64,000 bases of DNA from positions 26,412,001-26,476,000 of the forward strand of contig NC_087246.1 in the NCBI RefSeq assembly GCF_037042905.1, written 5' to 3'. The notes beneath the pieces were generated by a model. That model had not been told where the DNA came from and made no database searches. It saw only the letters and a list, made by a program, of their open reading frames with translations. The translations under genes were made by a program, and so were the position numbers. Positions 53,325 to 64,000 of this stretch are shown piece by piece. The number at the start of each line of letters is the position of its first letter. Positions within the stretch are counted from its first letter, which is position 1. This stretch comes from Lytechinus pictus. Taxonomy: Eukaryota.

Positions 53325-53718
53325 AGAGAAATTCCAGTATTTGCAGTAAACACTGATTTCATGAGAAAGTCTGTAAAACAAGGCTTAATTGTCAGTATAT
53401 CATCGAGGATCTAGATCTGGTACAGTTACATAAACTGAACTTTGTGAAATCTTGAAATCTACGCTGAAAAATGTTCACACTGAAGATCACCAACACAGAT
53501 AGGCACACGTGGGACAGTGTATTATTATTGCTAAAATAAAGACCCGACGGAAGTGACCGAATCCGCGCTTATTTTGCTTATTTCTCAGCAATTACACAAT
53601 TTCTTCCAGAATCCTTTGGCACATATTTTTTATTCATACAAACAGACACTTAGGTGGTCATTATATTAGATTCTGTAAAAAGTCATTTTTAGATCGTTAC
53701 CAAAACTGGAATTTATCT
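53325..53718 (+). mobile_element. Kolobok-type MITE family A (394 bp)
   Basis: TTAA on both sides (53321-53324, 53719-53722). TIR agagaaattccagt / actggaatttatct. Confidence 0.95.
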
Positions 53719-54443
53719 TTAAACCATGGGATTGGATACTGTGGTCCTCCTCACATTGATATTCTTTACACAAACATTTTTACAGGCATAACTTTTTTTT
53801 TTCAAAGGAACCTAGGAACTGTCTAACAATTCCTGGAATGAACCATCCTCCTTATTTTTTTTCCTCTCCAGAACATGCTGCAATTGATACTTTGTTTGCT
53901 CCATTTGTGGAAAATAAATTGCCTTGTAATTATCTAAGCACTAAAAGAAAAAAAAGCATAATGTGAGGGGGCATGGCTTTATAAACTACTGATTGATAAT
54001 TATGAATATTACACACTTACACCTACAGATTCGAAAACAAATTTGTTGTTGTAATCTTGATAAAACTGCAATAATCACATAAAAGCGGATATTTTCATCA
54101 AGATTGAAAGATTGCCTTTAACCATGTTGAGATCAGCCCTGTTTTTTCCTTTCATCAGATTCTATAAGTGCTTTCCTTAATTCTATATCATCCATATATT
54201 TAATGGGACATACACTCGTTAAGTAGTCATTACCAACACCTTTTTTTTTATTTCTACTGGGAGCTGCACTGTCTAATCCTTGTTCAATTAACGCTCCTCC
54301 AATTGGCAGCGCCTAATTTACATACAACTGTCCCTTTATCCAAACAAGAACTAGCCTGCTAGCCTCAGGCGGTGAGTGGTAGGCCAGGCTAATTACAAGG
54401 CAGCTACAATTTCATAATCTTGTTTGCTTTTTCTCCTTGGATC

Positions 54444-54459
54444 TGACCTCATGAGGTCA
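54444..54459. promoter_or_regulatory. Perfect 16-bp palindrome TGACCTCATGAGGTCA (everted repeat ER4 of AGGTCA)
   Basis: Read directly. AP-2 consensus GCCTCAGGC at 54362-54370 and TAATT words lie nearby. Confidence 0.5.
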
Positions 54460-55647
54460 AATCAAAATGGCTCCCTTGATGAGGAGGACTAAAAGAATGC
54501 GAGAAGGGATTGAGTTTTAGTAAGAAAATGTCTGATAATTGCCATGTGGTTTCTTTCTTCCACCATTTTAATTGCACTATATTTTTTCTCACCAAGGAAC
54601 ATGTCAGCAAGTATATGCAGTATCACATCAGATTATAACTTTCAAAATTATATCGGAGGTAATGTTATCTTGAGAAATATATACAAATTTTCAACTCAGA
54701 TCCTGAAGCTGTACTAACTCACATATTTTCCATATAACTTGTCAAAATTTCATTGCAGATGTAAGGTGGGACTGTTAACTCCAGACCTTCTTAATCAATT
54801 CTTTTTATGACTCCTATTCCTCATAATTTCTGATCCAGAATCTGGTAACTTGTACATCACGGCTTCTGCAATTTCAGCAAAAAATCAATGTTTTTTGGTA
54901 TGGAGTATTTAAGGGATAGTTTTACACAGCCATGCAATACATGAGGGAATCCAGCATGGCAACACCAAGCTAGTGCTCAGCACAAATAAAAAAACAAGAA
55001 AGACAAAACCACCTCAACTATACGCCAAAGACAAAAATCGAAGATGTGTTTCTATCTAGGCCAATTATGCCCAGACTTTTTGACTTTTTCCAGAGCACAA
55101 TTATTTCAAAGAGAAAATCTCCTCTTTTCTCTTCCCATAGCAGGGAGCAATCCCTCACAGTGTTTCCAACCATCAATTGAATAAAATGAATTTGAGCAAT
55201 GACTGATGCGACTGTTAGCTTTGCTAAAGCAAGAAATGTATCAGGTACAACACTCTCTGGTTGTGCTCCTTCCAACATTCCATATTTGGTCATCCCAAGA
55301 TCCAATCACAGCTTGATTTTAAGTCTTGATTGCCATACACAGTGCCTCAAAAAAAAATGAACACACTACCAAAAATAAAACCATCTTTAAAAAGAGAACC
55401 GTATCAATTATCATATCTTTCAGTCACAGTCTTAATTGTATATTTCTATGATGAGGCTTAAAATATAAGTCTTTTGATACACAGAACTCAATTTCAACTG
55501 TTTAAATACATTAGGTAATATATTCCCACCTTATAATAAATAAACTCCCAACTAATTTTCTTAACATCCCTGTTGTCACATCCCTGTCTCTACCGCCCCA
55601 ACTGTATATATCCCTTGACCCCGAGCCACTCATTTCTCCTCATATCG

Positions 55648-55661
55648 GGGTCAGCGGGTCA
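55648..55661 (+). promoter_or_regulatory. Perfect DR2 (GGGTCA gc GGGTCA)
   Basis: Read directly. An upstream inverted half-site tgaccccga (55616-55624) is the reverse complement of tcggggtca (55645-55653). Confidence 0.4.
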
Positions 55662-56487
55662 CTCTTTGCCTCTGAAATTGAATAAGAATTGATTCCGTCG
55701 CCCGCGTCTTCCTCCGATGGCAGAAACGCTGAATTTTGAATCAATTCCAAGGCAGTATTCCGTAATGAGACATAACTGTATGAATCATAGCAAACTGTTT
55801 GTCATTCGTTGCACCAATGAGGTATACCTTCAACGCATAAGACTTTTTTATTCTCATTTACATTCCTTAACATGGCATTATCTTCCATTATCAATCAATT
55901 TGCTTTAGGATGTTTCAAAAATGTTATTCTCTTAATTAATAATTATAATTCATTTTTTGTTTTGCTTTGTTTTGTTTTTGTTTGTTTGTTCTTTGTTGTT
56001 TTTTGGGGAGCTAATGCATTGGGTCTCACTTCAATGCATCTACACAAGCTTTTAATAAATGCTCTGGTCATTTCATGATAACTGTCATTATTTCAAACTC
56101 ACATCCCATCTCTCTATCAAAATAAAGAAAGCTTTCATTAATCTACTACCTTTTCCTCATAAAAAAAAATGTTACATTTATGTTATTTTTTAAATAACTC
56201 CTGACATGGAGAATATATCAGTCTTGGGATTTGTTTAGAAGGTAATTATTATTTCATATGAAAATCAAATAATCACTAATTTATTCATGAATCAAATATC
56301 TCCTACTTGGTCTAAAATGAGGTATCTCCAATTACATGACAAACTGATCATTGTTCAATTTCATTTTTGTTTACAACTACTAATTATTTTGTGCATTGTG
56401 TATATAATTAATCTTCCAAATACAAAATCAATTGTTGACATATTTTCTAAAATTTACATGTTTTACAATTACTTTCTTAATCCTTAA

Positions 56488-56974
56488 AGGGGAAGTTCTC
56501 CCTGACAAAAATTGTGTTGTACAAATAGCCGAAAAATTATTTAAAATATTTGCGAAGGTTTGAGGAAAATCCAGAATAGAAAAGTTATTAGAATTTTCAA
56601 TATTTGATTTGTGATGTCATATGCGAGCAGCTTTCCTGCATATCGTATGGTAAAAAATCAACTGCCATTTTCTCACAAGATTGAAAATAGTTTTTATTAT
56701 ACCTTCAGTATATCAATACACACATCATTTCACAAGCACTTCTAAACAGGTTTTTTTTTAAGTCATCAAGAACCAATCAAAATGAAATTTGTGCACTTTA
56801 TATTACATAACATATGAGGCAGCTCCTCGTTTATGACATCACAAATCAAAAACTTGAAATTCAAATAACTTTTGTAATATTCAATGGATTTTTCTCAAAC
56901 CTTCACCAATATTTTTAATTATTTTTTCAGCTATTTTTTACAACAAACTTTTCATCAGGGTGAACTTCCCCCTT
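56488..56974. mobile_element. Kolobok-type MITE (~487 bp) with long imperfect TIRs
   Basis: TTAA on both sides (56484-56487, 56975-56978). Left aggggaagttctccctga..gaaggtttgaggaaaatcca..tttgatttgtgatgtcat is mirrored by atgacatcacaaatcaaa..tggatttttctcaaaccttc..tcagggtgaacttcccc. Confidence 0.9.
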
Positions 56975-58270
56975 TTAATTCTTCATCACCATGATCAAAA
57001 TGAACAAAAAATATGATAAATCAGAAATATTTTTCATCTGGTATTATTTCAAAGCATGATAAATTAATCTCGATGTATGTTTGAATAACATTTGCCTCAG
57101 CACCACCCGTGTTCTGCTGAGACGATATCACAATGTGAATGCCACCATCACTTTATACAACCCTGAAGCTCTTGTGGTAACACAAGATGCATAGTAGCTA
57201 GCAGGGTTCAATGCTTCAGAGGAAAGACCGGTAGAGGCTGGTGGGTTACTACCAAAGCTTCTTGACCCCTCTGGGTACTGTACATCCATCATCACATCAC
57301 ATACCACGAGAGAAATGAGAACATTCTTCTACTTCAGTCTGTCATATTTCAAGTTCAGGGTGAGATATGGGACACAAAGGCATATCCCACTGGACTGCTA
57401 TGTTCCACGTCAACATTATTTTTACAAACACAAGAGTGCATCATCTCCTCTTATTCAGTTGTAGTAGGTCCATGTTTAGGGTAAAAAGAAATTCATGGCA
57501 GTATAATCATATCATTTAAGAGCAAGCACCATGATATTCCAGAATATAATCAATTCATTTTCACTTATCTTTACAAGAGCTGGGATATATCTGAATTAAA
57601 AATCAATGATTCACATATAGGCCTACAATAATTCACTTTGAATAGTTCACCATCCCCATACAATAAGCTTCTACTTCTTCATTGATCTTAATTTCTTCTT
57701 TCATTTTCGATTTTCCTTATTTTTTTCCATTCTCATAGCTCAGTATCCCCTAACCGCATGAGCAGGCAGCGTCTATTATTCAATAGTCCAAGTGCTAATA
57801 TCCTATACTATTTCACATCTTCCCTATCAAGATGGCAAGTTTGGAAGAAAAGAGTGGTAGCCAAGCTTTACTTAATTGTGCTGATTAACAAACCGACAAC
57901 TGCCACCACACTAGTTTCCCATGATGCACCATGCACTTGACGAGGGTGACATAGACAAATGTTGTTTTATCAAGCCAATACCTAGCCTCAAGGTTTAATT
58001 TACTTTCATGCCCTGGAATAAACCTATAGAATGACCACTATATAGGGAGTTAAAGAGAAAAACCAAGAGAGAAAGGATGTGTGGGTGTGGGTGCATGTGT
58101 GAGTGTGAAAGAGGGGGGGAAAAAGACATAGATAGGGAGAGGGAGCAAGGAAAAAAACATGCAAGTTTATCTGGTAAATATTTTGCAATGGTTTCTTTTT
58201 TGCTGAATAGGTATTGCTGTATTTTCAAAGAAAAAAGGGAAAAGGAAAAATAAGAAAAATGTAATCTTAC

Positions 58271-58349
58271 CTTCTTAGTCTGACTCTGAACAAGTGATGT
58301 AAAGTTTTACAAACTGTGTCATTCCTTCAAACGTACCAGTGCTAGATTC
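58271..58349 (-). other. Candidate 79-nt non-coding internal exon
   Basis: Minus strand: acceptor tcttgttcatgtatttctacag|GAA, donor AAG|gtaaga. Stop codons occur in all three frames. Confidence 0.6.
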
Positions 58350-60279
58350 CTGTAGAAATACATGAACAAGAGCACTGTTGTCAGAACATTAATATGGAGA
58401 TTCAAGATTGTAGTCAACAGCAGGAAAGGTGAAAGAAAATTAATTGAATTATGGTACTTTAAAAACATATTCACCCTTGGTTTAATAACAAGGTTTGAAA
58501 AGACTTGAGTGGGGTGGAAAGAATTAGATTTGGCCTCATGTTCGAGGATGGAGAATGGAGAAGAGAGATTTGAGAGAAAAGTGCATAAAGCCCCTTCCTT
58601 CCACCATGGCGTAGTTTTTTCCCTTTTTTTTCTTTTTGCCTGGTGCACGTTAATGAACGACATTTATGCAGCGATGCTGAGCGAGAAAGGTGATAGAGTA
58701 AACACGCCGATGGGCGATAACTCTCGGGCCAGATGCGTGTAGCCAAGTTACCGTCTTCATTAACTTGAAACATTACAAAAACCCAAATTGGCAAATCACA
58801 TTAAAGAGGAGCCTCGCGTCAACTGACAACCAGGTCGGCCGAGCATGATTCGATGTGGGTTAGGTGGTAAGGCAAAAGGATTGGTATAGCATGGCTGTCA
58901 TTTCAACTAGACCAAACCCAGGAAGAAAAACATCGCAAAATTATTTCCAAAGTAAAATGCATTATTAAAGATTGCTCAAATGGCTTTCATAAAGAAATGT
59001 GAAAGACCCCCTGTCATTATTAACTAGTTCGTAAGAGTAGAGGTACCTTTTATCCGGGATGGGAGGAGTATTAACCCCCATCTACCAATCCACCTGCGAG
59101 TCTGATCCCCCTCACCTATATACCAGTCTTACCTAGAGGGCTCTCTATACACCCCTCCAACTCTCATTCCTATACTCTTGATCATCATGAATGAACTTGT
59201 TGTTTCACCTGCCCAATTCATACCTTTACCATCTTGCCCTAAAATTCTCCTCCAGTATTAACCCTTAAATCATTTATCTAAGTTCTTGCAAAGAGGAAAT
59301 CGACACAAGTCACTCTTTTTAACCTCATGTTATCTATTCCTCCTCGTTCGGAGAATGTGTGTGACCTCAAGATGCGATTATTAATTGAAAGTGGTGTGTG
59401 CGGGGTGGTTTGGATTCAAAGACTTTCAATGTGGGTTAGATGGATGTACCTGTAATGATGTCAGAATGTTAATTTGATCTAATGTCAGCCGAAATCAGAT
59501 TGCCGCTCAATCAGTTGATGGTGATCTGATATGACTAGAATCAAGCTAGGAGGTACAAACAAAAGAGATGCAGAGAAAAGAAAAACCTTTTTAACCCCAA
59601 CCACATCAATCACTAGGCCCTTAATTCACACATCACGACCCTTTCATTTTTCCCCCGCTCCTGATATATTATGAAAAGATGGAAAGACAAGATTGTCCAT
59701 GTATAAAGTTATTGCAACCCAAATGCATTGTGCAACTGCGCTAAAAAAGACAGAAAGAAGAGGGAAAATTGAGACGGGAACTTGCTTACTCCTAGAGGCC
59801 ATCTATATGGACAGATTCAAATAATCATGTTAACAGCAAGCCAAAGTACACCCGACTGTGTGACTGTGAATAATCCTATCAGGCATTCATCCGCAAATTT
59901 GATCAGGGAAGTTCGCCTCACTTAAACCCCTCATGCCTCCTATATTTCTGATATATACAAAAAAAAAAGCCTACTCCTCCTGCCCTTCTACGATTTTTCT
60001 TGTCATCTTTGCATCAACATTTCTTTAATGCTACTGGTCTCATTCATACATAGTGATAGGGGGTAAAAGGCACAGTGGTAGGCAGGGATCCAGGCGGGTC
60101 TTGGGCAGTCAGGGTTGGGGTAGAGAAAGAGAGAGAGAGGGCAGGGTAGAGGGCAGTGTTTAAGTAGCTTCTCTCTCGGCTGTGATGTCATCAGAAGTGA
60201 TTGACATGTCATCATCTGGGAAGGTGAAAGAGAGAACGATCAAGGATGGAGAGATTAACCCAACTCTGGAGCATTGGAA

Positions 60280-60800
60280 AGGGATAGAGGGGTAAAGAAG
60301 AGATGGAGGGAAAGAGAGAATGAATGAGAAATGGAAATCCAGTATAGGGGTATGGTGGGATGGAAGGATGGATGGATGTAGGAGGGGACATAAAGAGAGA
60401 AGAGCGAGTGAGTTTTGGAGGATGGTTTAAACTACTACTGGGACTTGATGGGATGGAGAGAGAGAGAGAGAGAAGAGAGGAATTCTGGAGAGTTTGAACA
60501 TGTGATAGAGAGTTAGACAGAGGGATAAAGAGATGGAGGGTTTCATGTAGCACTTGGGTAATGATGAGGAGGATGGGTAAATAGATAGTGGGATGGATGG
60601 ATGGATGGATGAAGAGAAGAGTGTAGAACCTAGAACGGAGTCAGAATGGAGAAGGATGGTGCAATGAATACATTTGAGACGGGAATCCAACTCTTGGGCA
60701 ATGAGAAGAAATGTGATGAAGAAATGGATGAATAGAGGATGGATGGTTGGGAGACCGAGAAAACGGGCAAATAATGCAAGGAAAGGGTGACAGAGGAGAT
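60280..60800. repeat. Purine-rich low-complexity region with (GGAT)n and (GA)n
   Basis: Visible ggatggat and gagaga runs; these account for the Ser/Pro/Leu-rich minus-strand ORFs at 60212-60846. Confidence 0.85.
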
Positions 60801-61754
60801 GATTAAGATTTATCTGATTTGGGTGGAGTTCAGCGGGTGTGGTCAATGAATGGTGGTAGGCTAAGGTGATGAGGCTAATGTTATGAGAATACCTGCCCTA
60901 GATCATATAATCCCGCTGGTCAAATGAGGCAGAAAGATGAGGAGTGCCTTAGAATCACAAAATGTTATACAACATAATTATATAATTTATCATTTTTATA
61001 AATTGTAACATTGAAGGTCACCTCACTGTCTAGACATGGATTGCACATGTTCAGATAATCTTTCAGAAGTACCTGTCTTACTTACGCTGCTTAGGTAGAG
61101 TAACATAATCATACCTGTTCCAAACTACATAGAGTTTGATTTCATTCTTGGAGAGCAGGATAACCTTGTGTTAAATAAAATACCAGAATATACATTGAGA
61201 AATATGAATTTATGAAGATTGTATGAAGCAATAAGAGACCTAATACACTATGCAACCAAGATCCATTTGAATGACACTTTTGATTATGTTATGAATCATA
61301 CAATATCATAGGCAAGAAAGAAAGCTTGGGGTTTTTTAGAAGCGAAGCGGGTGAAACCTAGCAGTGTTTGAAATGACAGATGTAAGGGACTTCCGGAAGA
61401 AAACAAAACTAGAGAGGGCAAAGTCAAGGAAATGAGATGGTAGGGGTGAAGATCGGACATGAACTCAGCCTGCTCTAGGGTAAAGAGAATGCATAAATGA
61501 ATGAAGGGGGTGACATTTACAACTGTGATATGAAGATGGGTACAAGACCAAAAACTCCTTACTCCTCAACTGATTGATGTGAAAATCAATAGCTGCATCG
61601 CTAGCTGCAACGCATAATTGCTTGTCGCTCTAATTATTCAATCTGGCCGTTCCTCCGCCATTGGTTTTCCTTTGCCGTATCTACATGGTAAGAGACACCT
61701 CTGAATCGTACCAACCTTCTAACTGTATTAGTGCCTCAATGTAATTAGCGCAGC

Positions 61755-61806
61755 CTCTCTCTCTCTATCTCTCTCCCCCCCCCCACACACACACACACCC
61801 TCTCTC
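61755..61806. repeat. Compound (CT)n-Cn-(CA)n microsatellite
   Basis: Read directly. Confidence 0.9.
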
Positions 61807-63165
61807 ACCTTCCACTGACACCATCAATCCCTATGACGTGATATCTAGCAGCCATCTTTATCAACCTTATTCTTCTTTTTGGTTAATAACTACGATCTTG
61901 CTCGGCTCATAACCTAATGAGCGGAGGGACTCGGAGGAAATCAAAACAATAGCAATGGCAGAATTTGTGTCTTCCTATTCTGCTGATGCTAGATGGCAGC
62001 GTTGACTAAGTCAATATGAGCCGACAGGAAAAGTGCAGGTTACGGCAGAAGAGGAAGGCAATAAGTCCACCCCAAGATTCCATTTTTTTTTTCGTTCCTT
62101 TCTTGTATCAATGCTCCTACTATGCAAATACTGACAAAAATTGGGGGGGCTCACGCTCCATCGAGATAAACACATTGAATCGATGGTGACAAATGAAAAG
62201 GGAGGAAGGGCAGTAGACTTTTCTGACATCACCAACAGAAACTTCTTGTGGTCGCTTTGAAATGCAATACTCAATTAAAGCCCATCCGACTCTTTTGCAT
62301 ATCTATTCCTTACCTATTCAAGCTGGCTCGGCCCCATTTTGGTTTCTTGTTTCTTTCCTTCCAAGCTAAGATAAGTCTTTAAAAAGAGAACAAGCAAAAC
62401 ACATGCACTGTCAGAATTTGATCAAAGGCAAGCCCTACAATACCAATCAATCCGAAGCTTTATTTTGCCCCTTCTTTTTCCAATTTTTTTTCCTTGTATA
62501 TATTTTCATAATCACTTGGAAATCTCTTGGCTATTAACATATCTTCCTACACCTGCCTAACCCTATACAATGGAATGAATAGAAGGACAAAGAGGGATCA
62601 TTATGGAACCGTTTCATCTACATGTTATCCTTTGTATCACACTGTCATAGCCAGAAGGTATCATACTCCATTAATATTTTACAGAGACTTATTCTCCCAC
62701 TACATACTGACGGTTACAACGGGGCCGTGCCACAAAAGACACAAACCAGTCCTATGTCTTTGGCTTTTCACAGGCTGACTTCAATAATGCAGGAATGGGA
62801 TAAAGGGTTCCTCCAAACATGTGCAAAATAGAAGAATGAAATCCTTTTATCTTGCAAAATTTCCTTCCCTTATAGTTTGATGATTATTATTATTATTGTA
62901 GCACAGAGTGCAGTACCCTGGTTACTTATAAAATAAATTTCTTGTTTTCAACGATTATTTGCTTATATTATACTCTGAATGGCACAAGTAATGAAGTTAT
63001 ATTGTGTGACCTACTTTAAGCATGAGCCTCACAGTACACATCTTTTTAATTCAATAAAGCTCAGTAATTGAAAATTAAACTTGACCAAAGATCAAACTTA
63101 GAATATAAACATTAGCCCCAGCATATTCATATTCCTTTTAAAAAAATCATTCATACAATAAATTC

Positions 63166-63185
63166 TAATTAATTAATTAATTAAT
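63166..63185. repeat. (TAAT)5 tetranucleotide run
   Basis: taattaattaattaattaat. Confidence 0.9.
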
Positions 63186-64000
63186 AAGATCATAATCATA
63201 ATCAATATGTAAAAATTTAATAAAACTTAGTTCGTCAGATTGGGGTATGAGAAATACTACCACAATAGTGTCAAATTTTTTAAAAAGTTATTACTCTACT
63301 TTTGAGCTACCCGTTTTCTGGGCTCTTTATTTCATTCTGAAGTATACTATTCTGGGTCAATGGACAGATTCCTGTATTCCAAATTAAAATAATAGCATCC
63401 ATTCTAAACGAAATATTCTTATTGTCGATGAAAGGCGATGCAAGAGATTACTGGAAGTACTGCTGGAGGGCAGCGCCCGAACAGAGCTCATTGCAAAACA
63501 AAACTGCCCCTTTGCTACCAACCAAAGCCCTCCAGCTATTCCAATTCTGGCTTTACACAATTCTAGGTCAAATGAAGAACATTTTTGCTTTACTTTTTTT
63601 CTCTTTCTCACCTCCTTACCATCCTCTGCTATTCATCATGGTTTGTCTCAAGTGATTTTATTGGTGAGAGAAAAAGTGCTGAGATGGGTCACAATGCTAT
63701 CAATTATCAACCCAATGTGTTCTGGGGGTGATTGGGAGATTAAGATACATATCTCTCCAATGGAACACCTTTTGTCTCTCTGCTTGTAATACGTAGTTCG
63801 GAGCACAGGACAGGGAATATAATACTTTCTTGAGAAAAAAGAGAAAATTAAAATGAATTTGGGTCACCTGGTCGGATCAGGGTATTGGTAATATAAGCTC
63901 CCACCTCATATCAGGCTGAAGAATGACGAGCTAACCGATTCTTAACTCTATCAGACCCATATGATCATTATTCTGTAATGTACAACAACTAACCAATTCT

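Noticed and set aside
55140-55244. Plus-strand acceptor ttttctcttcccatagcag with donor CAG|gtacaa
   Set aside because: Weak donor, stops in the segment and no supporting plus-strand exon series. Such acceptors are common by chance in AT-rich DNA.
55340-55365. Possible Tc1/mariner MITE end cagtgcctcaaaaaaaaatg
   Set aside because: No matching opposite terminus found.
60212-60846. Long minus-strand ORFs (113 and 139 aa)
   Set aside because: Artefacts of a purine-rich low-complexity tract.

Overview
AT-rich, essentially non-coding animal genomic DNA. The repeat families (TTAA-flanked Kolobok-type MITEs, tRNA-headed SINEs with a Deu-like core) and the abundant TAGGCCTA/TACATGTA words suggest an echinoderm, probably a sea urchin; this is an inference. 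No ORF in the track has a product I recognise, and there are no rRNA, genuine tRNA, CRISPR or prokaryotic features. The window reads as intronic or 5' regulatory DNA of a very large gene on the minus strand. Five short segments bounded by canonical splice signals (58349-58271, 29206-29087, 21271-21163, 12194-12162, 8331-8273) and a CpG/CCAAT-rich promoter-like block ending in ATGCAG|GTGAGT (49549) all lie on that strand. About 14 non-autonomous DNA transposon copies, three SINE remnants, a likely LINE relic, an ~83-bp minisatellite and several microsatellites are interspersed. Three signals are not explained by these features. (1) Perfect nuclear-receptor composite elements are unusually dense: DR0, DR2, DR4, DR5, a four-half-site array and a 16-bp everted palindrome. 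(2) RFX X-boxes cluster at 20.5-26 kb. (3) The palindrome TAGGCCTA occurs at least 11 times and could be a transposon excision footprint. I cannot support a claim of a complete new biological system from this sequence alone.
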